Source of the DNA: Nitrosomonas europaea
GTDB taxonomy: Bacteria; Pseudomonadota; Gammaproteobacteria; Burkholderiales; Nitrosomonadaceae
Direction: 5' to 3'
Length of the DNA: 32,000 bases
Assembly (NCBI RefSeq): GCF_900167395.1
Contig: NZ_FUWK01000016.1
Coordinates: 1-32,000, forward strand
Position 1 is the first letter of the stretch, and each line of letters starts with the position of its first letter. Below the pieces are notes generated by a model. The model searched no databases. It had not been told where the DNA came from and worked only from the letters and a program-made list of their open reading frames with translations. This document shows positions 25,459 to 32,000 of the stretch, piece by piece. Made by a program: the position numbers and the translations under genes.

Positions 25459-26961
25459 TCATCCCTGCGTCACCCGAACAGAATAAGCACCTGTCCCGGA
25501 TGGCGAGTAGTGTCTTACACGAACGAAATATTCACCCGGAGAAAGTTGACGGCGGATCAGCGCGTTGAAGGAGATGCCTGAATCATCGTTGCTGGCGATT
25601 TCCGGTATCTGGCTGTTCGGGCCATGCAAGCTCATGAAGGTATCCGTTGTCCCATTCGTCTGGATGGTATAAAAATCTCCCGTAGTAACATTAAACCGGT
25701 ACACATCGCTTTCATTCGCTGCAGAAATCGATGCATCGATGCCCACACCATTCACGATGAGCTCGGGGATCGGAACCGGGCCGGGACCAGGGCCTGGAGT
25801 GGCACTGACTGCGCGCACGCCAACCGCATAATTTCCCGTACTGTTCGGGCTGTACAGACGAACGCGCAGAAAATAAGTACCTGCAGACAGATTGCGGTTG
25901 ATTTGTGCATTGAAACCCTCGCCTGCATCATCATCTGATGCCACTTCAAAATTCGGATCATTGGGGCCGAACAGAGTCATGAACGTATCGGATGATCCGA
26001 GGGTATACATCGTATGAGCACCGAAGGCCGGGACTTCGAAACGGAAAACATCGGTTTCTCCCGGCACGCCGATAGCAGCTGCTATCGGATCGGCTCCAAC
26101 GACAATGAGCGGTATTTCCGGCTGAGGTTGCGGCTGAGGAGCAGCATCATCATATACGATACCCAGCGCTGCACTGTCCAGCACATCGATAGGACGCGAC
26201 CCGACCTGTCCTGAAGGGGTACTACCCATTGGATCAGTCAGATTTTGACCAAAAGGGCCGCCACTGGCTGGTAAATAACCTTGATTCGGGAAGCGCAGTT
26301 GCCATTCATGCCAGATTTTATCCACCATACAATGGTGCATGAAAAACACCGGATCATTCGGGGAAGTCATCGGCAGCATGGACCCCCCCACCCAGACATG
26401 ACCACGGTTGTGCAGATTGGGGCCAATCCAGCCTTCCAGCTGATTACGGAAACTTGGATTGCTGTTCATGTTCCACGGCGATGTATCATAGGGCGTAACG
26501 GCCATGACTTGATTGATTGCCGCTTGTGTGGGTAAGGTTGGCAAGCCGTTCTGACCGAAAGCGCGCATCAGCGGACCTGCTGGCAATCCGCTGGAATTGA
26601 TGACAGTCCATTGCCCGGAGCGGAATGGACCGGTACGGACAACACCACCGGCATCTCCATTGCCACCCAGCAAATCATCATTCCACATGGAGGCATTGGC
26701 GCTACCTGATGGCCAGTTCCAGTAAGGTATCCCGAGATTCGGGTTACCCGAAACGCGCTGCAGTTCCAGTTCGAGATCATAAATAAAGCGGCGGTGCCAC
26801 GGCAAAAAAGCAGAGCATCGGTGAATTGCACTCATATTGGCGTTCGCATGTCTGAGCACGAATCGATCATAGATGCCTTCGGCCTTCAACACGCGAATGG
26901 CAGCAACGAATTCTGCCCGTTCTGCAGCAGTCAGTGTATTTGCATCTTTTCTGATAGCCAT
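25459..26961 (-). CDS. Tyrosinase (type-3 copper oxidase) with two C-terminal PPC (pre-peptidase C-terminal) domains
   Basis: The CuA region is AIHRCSAFLPWHRRFIYDLE. The CuB region is LHNRGHVWVGGSMLPMTSPNDPVFFMHHCMVDKIWHEWQ. A PQPQPQPE linker is followed by PPC repeat 1 (about 25771-26115, ...ETDVFRFEV...DTFMTLFGPN...ASDDDAG...GTYFLRVRLYS...). A PGPGPGP linker is followed by PPC repeat 2 (about 25462-25770, ...ESDVYRFNV...DTFMSLHGPN...ASNDDSG...GEYFVRVRHYS...). The start is taken at the ATG at 26961 (GGAGG Shine-Dalgarno sequence). The ORF is open to 26976. No signal peptide is visible. Confidence 0.9.
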   Translation of the reverse strand: MAIRKDANTLTAAERAEFVAAIRVLKAEGIYDRFVLRHANANMSAIHRCSAFLPWHRRFIYDLELELQRVSGNPNLGIPYWNWPSGSANASMWNDDLLGGNGDAGGVVRTGPFRSGQWTVINSSGLPAGPLMRAFGQNGLPTLPTQAAINQVMAVTPYDTSPWNMNSNPSFRNQLEGWIGPNLHNRGHVWVGGSMLPMTSPNDPVFFMHHCMVDKIWHEWQLRFPNQGYLPASGGPFGQNLTDPMGSTPSGQVGSRPIDVLDSAALGIVYDDAAPQPQPQPEIPLIVVGADPIAAAIGVPGETDVFRFEVPAFGAHTMYTLGSSDTFMTLFGPNDPNFEVASDDDAGEGFNAQINRNLSAGTYFLRVRLYSPNSTGNYAVGVRAVSATPGPGPGPVPIPELIVNGVGIDASISAANESDVYRFNVTTGDFYTIQTNGTTDTFMSLHGPNSQIPEIASNDDSGISFNALIRRQLSPGEYFVRVRHYSPSGTGAYSVRVTQG

Positions 26962-26993
26962 GAGAATTTCCTCCATGTTTTTATCTGCAGGAA

Positions 26994-27209
26994 TTACTCT
27001 TTCACACCGGAGAATTCAACGGTGTCCCGGATGATCGCCCGCGCCAGATCCAGTAATGAATCATATTGGGTATAAGGCAGATATCTCGAAGACCACTTGT
27101 TTTTTACTGCATCATGTACGTAACTGATTTCCTTTCCATTGATTGTGAGGCTGGTATCGTCTTCTATATCGATCGTACCGCCTTCAAAAACTTCTGTATG
27201 GTGTGTCAT
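26994..27209 (-). CDS. Hypothetical 71-aa protein immediately upstream of the tyrosinase (candidate accessory protein)
   Basis: An AAGGAG Shine-Dalgarno sequence lies 7 nt upstream. Its ATG overlaps the stop of the preceding gene in an ATGA overlap at 27209-27206. It ends 32 nt before the tyrosinase start. The sequence MTHHTEVFEGG...KWSSRYLPYTQYDSLLDLARAII... matches no family I recognise. Confidence 0.5.
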   Translation of the reverse strand: MTHHTEVFEGGTIDIEDDTSLTINGKEISYVHDAVKNKWSSRYLPYTQYDSLLDLARAIIRDTVEFSGVKE

Positions 27210-27751
27210 TTGTAAACTCCTTTCTGGATGAATGACAATCGATCTGCTTTTACTGCAGTCCTTGCTGCGTCATCGATCACCGTGCATTGCAGGTTTGCGG
27301 TAACGATGACATTTTCCATCTCGCGTCCACGTGCACGAATTACAGCAGATATATCAATAAAGTACCCGTCCAGCCCGTCATAATTCAGATGTGCAAACCC
27401 CAGCGTCCCGGGAAAATCTGATAGCGCATTCTTCATGCCCGTGGTCCTTGTGGTCAGCAATTCGAGGCTCATTGCTTTTTCGAAAAAGGATGCTGCAAAG
27501 TCTCCCGATTTTGTTACATTCTCGACCATGAAGCAGCCCTCGTAGCGTGCCTTTAATTTGAAAGTACCCTCTTTCGATAGAGTCAATATTCCGGAATGAA
27601 GCGTTGGGACCCCGGTACAGCCATTCATACTGGCTGACGTAATGGAACACGTCATATTTTCCAGATGGAAGGGCTCCCTCGATATTGCCGTGGTACTTTT
27701 TCCAGCCAGCAATACCAGGATTCCCGTCAGGATCACAGCAGCCTGTTTCAT
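27206..27751 (-). CDS. Hypothetical secreted protein, first gene of the tyrosinase sub-operon
   Basis: The ORF is open to 27799, but the ATG at 27751 gives a clean signal peptide, MKQAAVILTGILVLLAGKSTTA. The mature part contains 4 Cys. No recognisable family. Confidence 0.5.
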   Translation of the reverse strand: MKQAAVILTGILVLLAGKSTTAISREPFHLENMTCSITSASMNGCTGVPTLHSGILTLSKEGTFKLKARYEGCFMVENVTKSGDFAASFFEKAMSLELLTTRTTGMKNALSDFPGTLGFAHLNYDGLDGYFIDISAVIRARGREMENVIVTANLQCTVIDDAARTAVKADRLSFIQKGVYK

Positions 27752-27806
27752 CGCATCTTTCCCTGATAGCCCACACGCAGAGACAACCCAACGCTTCATT
27801 TTTACG

Positions 27807-28565
27807 CTATTTCACACAGATACCCGCGCAGTCGGCACCTCCCTTGGCAGGATCACAGTCATCCGAGGGATCATCCACACACTTCATACCTTCGGGGCAG
27901 GGAAAACCGGCAATCCCTCCACACATTTGTTTAGGCTTCTGACCATCGTATGCAGCGCTTCCTTTGGGCGGATAATCAACACGTTTTCCCTCTCCACGCC
28001 CGGGCAGCTCGGTGGTACCCAGCTTCACGATATCGTGTATCCTTTTCGATTGAACAGTTTCGACATCGATCGATTGAACTTCTCCCTCCACGGGTCGTGC
28101 GGTATATACCCCTACCACATCCAGTGGAACAGGACTTTTCACTACCAGAAACCCCTCCAGAAATGCAAAATCTACGCATACCCCATTAATCGGGCAAAAG
28201 TAGCCGGCAATGTCAAAGCAATTTACTCCGACAGCACCATCCGGTTGCAGTGTAATTCCCTTGAACGGCGTAACATTGAAAGGGCCTGGTTCGGAGCCCA
28301 TCTGAGTGGAAAGTGCCACCTTGGCGGCAACCGTGATTTTCTTGCTGGCAGGATTGTGAATATTGATGATAGTACGGTATATGCCTTTCGCCAGAGTACC
28401 GTCCTGGTGTGGCAGTAATAACGAACACGCCACTTTTGCAGCATACTGATATTCGGTTTTGATTGTCTCGTATTTTGCTGTTTCTGCCTGAGTACCGATT
28501 GGATTAAACAAAAGCCATAACCCGAGAACAATTGAAAAGAGTTTGATCACATTCGATTGTTTCAT
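27807..28565 (-). CDS. Secreted protein with unknown N-terminal domain (INIHNP motif) and a C-terminal 6-Cys module
   Basis: The start at the ATG at 28565 has a GAGGTGG Shine-Dalgarno sequence 6 nt upstream. The signal peptide is MKQSNVIKLFSIVLGLWLLFNPIGTQA. The C-terminal module CGGIAGFPCPEGMKCVDDPSDDCDPAKGGADCAGICVK (27810-27923) is shared with the neighbouring gene. Confidence 0.6.
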   Translation of the reverse strand: MKQSNVIKLFSIVLGLWLLFNPIGTQAETAKYETIKTEYQYAAKVACSLLLPHQDGTLAKGIYRTIINIHNPASKKITVAAKVALSTQMGSEPGPFNVTPFKGITLQPDGAVGVNCFDIAGYFCPINGVCVDFAFLEGFLVVKSPVPLDVVGVYTARPVEGEVQSIDVETVQSKRIHDIVKLGTTELPGRGEGKRVDYPPKGSAAYDGQKPKQMCGGIAGFPCPEGMKCVDDPSDDCDPAKGGADCAGICVK

Positions 28566-28746
28566 GATAGCCACCTCACCGAGTGTTGTGCCCTCTACAG
28601 ATACCATGTTCCTGATGTGTATCGCATCCGCACCGGGCTAATAACAGGCCCACTTCATCTTGCCCAACCCGGGAGACAGAGTGGCCTCTCACGTTACCTG
28701 CAAAATATTTTTACCTCCATTTTTCTAAAAAACACATAAAAAGATG

Positions 28747-29454
28747 TCACTGACCCTGCCCGGCAATACATATCCCCGCACAATCTGCTCCCCCGTGTTC
28801 GGGATCGCAGGTATCACCCGGATCATCAACACATGCCAGGCCATCCGGACACCTGATTCCTGCAATTCCTCCGCAAGCCTGGGGTTCTGCTGTTTTACAT
28901 TCACCCTCATGATCGATAGAAACACCTGCCGCAGCCGCTCCACAGGCATTACCATAAGTTTTTCCGTCACAACCGCAAACCGGATTGAACTCTCTCGTGC
29001 AGATTGTTGGCCTGGTTTTACAGACACCTTGCGCATCAGCAACTTTGCACTGGCCGATGCCCAAATCACAGTACTGCTCGGCAGGACAGGCCAATCCCTG
29101 GATCGTGCCGCAAACTTGTGGTTGTAATTGAGGTTGTGGGGGGTTGCCTTCCTCACAACCCGCTACGACCAGAGAAACAGAAAGCACGATCAACCAGGTG
29201 ATCAATGCATTCAGATATCGTGGCAATTCCTTCCTGGTCTTGCGCGTGATCGATGGTGGCGACAGACCCCGGCCAGAACTGAACGCCCCATTGCCGGCAC
29301 CGAAATCGGAAGAAAAGTAAAGTTGTGGATTAAAACCAGAACAGCCTGATCCGGGTAAACCCAGGGCAGAAGTAAATTGCGTGGGGGACCGCTTTCCTGC
29401 CAAAACACACGCATTTCGAGCTTGAGTTCCGGCCTGATTTTTCTGCTGTTTCAT
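28747..29454 (-). CDS. Membrane-anchored or lipoprotein Cys-rich protein: Kazal-type inhibitor domain plus the shared C-terminal 6-Cys module
   Basis: The ATG at 29454 has a strong AAGGAGG Shine-Dalgarno sequence. The hydrophobic segment LNALITWLIVLSVSLVVAGC ends in a lipobox-like VAGC. An in-frame TTG at 29226 after AGGAAGGAA would give a classical lipoprotein precursor. The Kazal signature is CTREFNPVCGCDGKTYGNACGAAAAGVSIDHEGEC. The C-terminus is CGGIAGIRCPDGLACVDDPGDTCDPEHGGADCAGIC. Confidence 0.65.
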   Translation of the reverse strand: MKQQKNQAGTQARNACVLAGKRSPTQFTSALGLPGSGCSGFNPQLYFSSDFGAGNGAFSSGRGLSPPSITRKTRKELPRYLNALITWLIVLSVSLVVAGCEEGNPPQPQLQPQVCGTIQGLACPAEQYCDLGIGQCKVADAQGVCKTRPTICTREFNPVCGCDGKTYGNACGAAAAGVSIDHEGECKTAEPQACGGIAGIRCPDGLACVDDPGDTCDPEHGGADCAGICIAGQGQ

Positions 29455-29972
29455 GTGTTCCTCCTTCTCCTGGAGAGCTTTGGAACGGATCCCTTGTTAG
29501 ACAGGAAACTGTTTTCAGGTTTTCAGAATAGTGGTGTATTACTATCCCCCTCTGAAATAATCTACACCTTTTATTTTGAGATGGTAAGCAAATATTGCAT
29601 TGTCATTGCCATGTGCGATTCTTTGTTGCCATGTTTTTGTCCAGGCATCTGAGCACAATCTACATTGATGTCGCAGATTGGAACACAAAAAATTACCTCG
29701 GTAAGATCAGCAATGAAGCAGTTGAAAAGATCGAGCTGATACTGAAATCTGGAATTGCAGGAATGGGCAAACCGGAGATGCATCCGATAACGATTGGAAT
29801 CAAATGCAATCAGAAAACAACAAAACAAAACCGTCGAATAACTCTTCAAAATCAAATCATTTTATGTAACGTAGGTTATACAGTTTTCGCAATCAGGATT
29901 CATCCCGCTGAAAAAAAGCCCCTAGCCACTTCTATTACTATGAGCTTTCTCTCCTACCGGACAAATAGTCGG

Positions 29973-31331
29973 TTACACCCCCTGCATGGCGTTGTATTCA
30001 TCAGTGAAGAAAAACTTTTCCTCACCAAAAGCCGGTTTGAGGTCATCAAACCAGGTGGCCTCGGGATCGTATTTGGCAAAGAAAATGCGCTGTACCCAGT
30101 CGGGGTTGCGGCCCTGGATAAAGCGCAAGATAAAGATTTTCTCGCCATTCAGCTCAACGATGCCCTGGATTTCCACCTTACCGGGACCGGCACTCATGGA
30201 CGGGCCGCGTACCGTGCGTGCCAGTCCTGATACTTGCTGGATGGCTTCACGGTAAATCTGGTAGGTGCGTTCCAGCGGTACTTCAAAGTAGCGTTTGGCA
30301 CCGGTATCGCGCTCGACAAACATATAGTAGGGAATGATGCCCATGCCCACCTGCGTGCGCCACATTTTTGCCCAGACGGCCGGATCGTCATTGATGTTGC
30401 GCACAATCGGAGCCTGGGCGCGGATCACCACGCCTGCCGCACGGATGCGCCTGACCGCCTCACGCACAATGGGTGTATCCATTTCACGCCAGTGATTGAA
30501 GTGCGCCATCAGGGCCACGTGCTTGCCTGCTTTTACCAGCCGCTCCAGCAGCGCCAGCAGCTCGTGCGCATCCTCGTCGGTGACATAGCGCTGCGGCCAG
30601 AAGGTCAGCGACTTGGTGCCAATGCGAATGTTCTGCACATGTTCCAGCGCCGGGCGCAGCATGGCTTCCAGATAAGCTTTCAGGTGGTGGGTTTTCATCA
30701 CCATGGGATCACCACCGGTCATCAGCAGATCGGTAACATCCTTGTGGCCAGCCAGATACTTGTGCAGGTTGCCGGCTTCATTGCTGGCAAAGCGCAGCTC
30801 CTTGTCGCCGATAAACTGCGCCCAGCGGAAGCAGAAGGTGCAATAGCTATGACACACCTGCCCCTGGCTGGGGAAGAACAGCACGGTTTCGCGGTATTTG
30901 TGCTGTGTGCCCGGCAGAGGCTCGCCGTGAAAAACCGGCACATTCATTTCCTGCTGTCCGGCAGGATGGGGGTTCAGTTTGCTGCGAATATCGACAGCAA
31001 TCGCCTGGATCTCGCTGCGTTGCGCATCGCGACGCAATGCTTCGGCCATACGCTCGAAATCCTCCGGTTCCAGCATGTTGCGCTGGGGGAAGGTGAGCTG
31101 GAAAACAGGATCTGCCGGTATGTTGTTCCAGTCAATCAGTTCGTCAATCACATATTGGTTGACACGAAACGGCAGAACATTGGCCACTACATGCATTTCG
31201 AAACGCTGCTCTTTCGTGAACCTCTCCAGCGGCCTGATTTTGTCCAGTTGCCGCTCGGTATATACCTGGAACCGAGTATTTTGAGTCAATGCTTCATGAC
31301 CCGGAGCCATTATTTTTATAGCATGATTCAT
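29973..31331 (-). CDS. KamA-family radical SAM protein (lysine 2,3-aminomutase-like)
   Basis: The radical SAM cluster motif is CHSYCTFCFRW (CxxxCxxC). The KamA-style blocks are FQLTFPQ..., HKYRETVLFFPSQGQVC, DLLMTGGDPMVM, IRIGTK, HFNHWREM and IIPYYMFVERDTGAKRYF. The start is taken at the ATG at 31331 (GGAGA Shine-Dalgarno sequence). The ORF is open to the ATG at 31520, which also has an adjacent AGGAAAG, so the start is uncertain. Confidence 0.8.
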   Translation of the reverse strand: MNHAIKIMAPGHEALTQNTRFQVYTERQLDKIRPLERFTKEQRFEMHVVANVLPFRVNQYVIDELIDWNNIPADPVFQLTFPQRNMLEPEDFERMAEALRRDAQRSEIQAIAVDIRSKLNPHPAGQQEMNVPVFHGEPLPGTQHKYRETVLFFPSQGQVCHSYCTFCFRWAQFIGDKELRFASNEAGNLHKYLAGHKDVTDLLMTGGDPMVMKTHHLKAYLEAMLRPALEHVQNIRIGTKSLTFWPQRYVTDEDAHELLALLERLVKAGKHVALMAHFNHWREMDTPIVREAVRRIRAAGVVIRAQAPIVRNINDDPAVWAKMWRTQVGMGIIPYYMFVERDTGAKRYFEVPLERTYQIYREAIQQVSGLARTVRGPSMSAGPGKVEIQGIVELNGEKIFILRFIQGRNPDWVQRIFFAKYDPEATWFDDLKPAFGEEKFFFTDEYNAMQGV

Positions 31332-31650
31332 GGGTTTCTCCACTCTACGCAAGTGCCCCTGAAGCCTTGATGCGGCACTCGCTTGGATTGGGTCCCCGCA
31401 GGGAAGACAATTACCCGGGACGGCCGGGCAATAAAAAGCAACATCGACAACCCGGGTTGCCGCAATCGCCTGATACATGGAATCAATTCCACAAAGCTCG
31501 GAAAGTATCCGAAAAGGCATCTTTCCTGAGAAAGGACGGGAAGGGTAAATTATTTTTTGTCTTGACTCAAATTTTTCTGCACTATTTTTCCTGTCAGACC
31601 GATATCATACAGCCTGGTTTTTATCGAGTTGATATCTCCTCTCCTCCCTC

Positions 31651-31683
31651 TCACCTATGGCCCGCCTTATCGAGGACGATCAT
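31651..31683 (-). pseudogene. Remnant of a PIN-domain (FitB/VapC-type) toxin gene, only the first codons left
   Basis: The minus strand reads ATG ATC GTC CTC GAT AAG GCG GGC CAT AGG TGA. MIVLD is the canonical start of PIN toxins (MIxLDTNV...). The ATG overlaps a TGA in the usual ATGA antitoxin/toxin junction. The frame stops after 10 codons. Confidence 0.55.
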
Positions 31684-31690
31684 TCAAACC

Positions 31691-31946
31691 TCATCGGTTT
31701 GGCCGGAGTCTTGCCGCGGAGCTGGTTGATTTGCTCCGCTTCGGCGTCACAGTCAACCCTCCTGCTTCGCGGGCGATGGATGTTAGCAGAGAACCGAATT
31801 TCAGACGGCTCTCAGGTTTTACTGTCTGCTCCAGGATATAACGGATTTCAGCTTCGGCACTATGCGTGCATGGCAGCACGAATCCGAATCACGCGACGTA
31901 CCACGTCCGGGACATTGCGAATGGTGATGGATGGCATCGTGTTCAT
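31691..31946 (-). pseudogene. FitA-like ribbon-helix-helix antitoxin gene, frameshifted
   Basis: Frame a, from the ATG at 31946 (or 31937), reads M(NTM)PSITIRNVPDVVRRVIRIRAAMHA and stops at 31862-31860. Frame b (ORF 31691..31879) continues ...HSAEAEIRYILEQTVKPESRLKFGSLLTSIAREAGGL.... Joined, they reproduce the FitA pattern xxITIRNLPDxxxxxLRxRAAxxGRSxEAEIRxIL...RLGSxLxxIGxExGG. Confidence 0.7.
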
Positions 31947-32000
31947 CCTGCCGCAATACATGCAAATGCAGCGTTATATATCAATGAAAAGCATCGCTGC

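Noticed and set aside
29571-29855. 94-aa Cys-rich minus-strand ORF in the 518-bp spacer
   Set aside because: It starts at a TTG with no Shine-Dalgarno sequence, and its composition looks like translated AT-rich non-coding DNA. I kept only the note that the spacer deserves transcript mapping.
29905-29935. A7 run (T7 on the minus strand) just after the kamA-like stop, as a possible intrinsic terminator
   Set aside because: I could not find a convincing GC-rich stem immediately upstream of the T-tract on the minus strand.
29595-30230. 211-aa plus-strand ORF spanning the long spacer and the 3' end of the kamA-like gene
   Set aside because: Its second half is antisense to a well-supported CDS. 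Its first half is AT-rich with odd composition. No Shine-Dalgarno sequence is present.
30234-31370. 378-aa ORF on the plus strand
   Set aside because: It is antisense to the KamA-family gene, whose translation carries unambiguous radical SAM/KamA motifs. The plus-strand product is low-complexity (H/Q/R/G-rich). Shadow ORF.
31367-31879. Plus- and minus-strand short ORFs, and a CCGCCTTATCG stretch (around 31660) that recalls the 3' end of RNase P RNA
   Set aside because: No P4-type GAGGAAAGTCCGG core or other RNase P or tmRNA hallmarks are present on either strand. The region is explained by the frameshifted fitA-like gene and the truncated PIN remnant.

Overview
This is a 32-kb bacterial chromosomal window of Gram-negative type (lipoboxes, a Tat signal, an outer-membrane-style barrel protein, prfB with its classic +1 frameshift). 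I can support about 30 protein genes. I found no rRNA or tRNA genes and no CRISPR array. The left end (1-4400) is accessory clutter. It holds the 5' part of an IS5-family transposase gene cut by the window edge, an Rpn/YhgA-type nuclease and a vapBC toxin-antitoxin pair. It also holds an AT-rich islet with a head-GIN (DUF2807-like) secreted protein, a 272-bp MITE-like element with 19-nt terminal inverted repeats and a CTAA target duplication, and a Tat-signal beta-carbonic-anhydrase-like gene bracketed by two copies of a 33/34-nt palindromic REP-like element. Positions 4490-9037 hold ordinary genes: a DUF1504-type membrane protein, prfB, a DUF1207-like outer-membrane protein and a TerB/DUF533 protein. 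The centre (9302-29454) is the striking part, with an unusually dense set of O2/peroxide-activating enzymes. One four-gene operon encodes two unknown proteins, a DyP peroxidase and a catalase-related haem protein. Divergent from it are a di-haem c-type cytochrome lipoprotein and a GMC flavoprotein. A long co-directional minus-strand array then encodes two secreted Cys-rich proteins (one Kazal-type), a secreted protein, a 71-aa protein and a tyrosinase with two PPC domains. The same array continues with three different fatty-acid-dioxygenase-type enzymes in a row: cyclooxygenase-like, mini-lipoxygenase, and an alpha-dioxygenase-like haem peroxidase lipoprotein. I read this as a candidate multi-enzyme oxylipin (oxidised lipid) system. 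As far as I know its function as a cluster has not been described. The right end has a KamA-family radical SAM gene and a decayed fitAB-like toxin-antitoxin remnant. All family calls rest on motifs read by eye, since no searches could be run.
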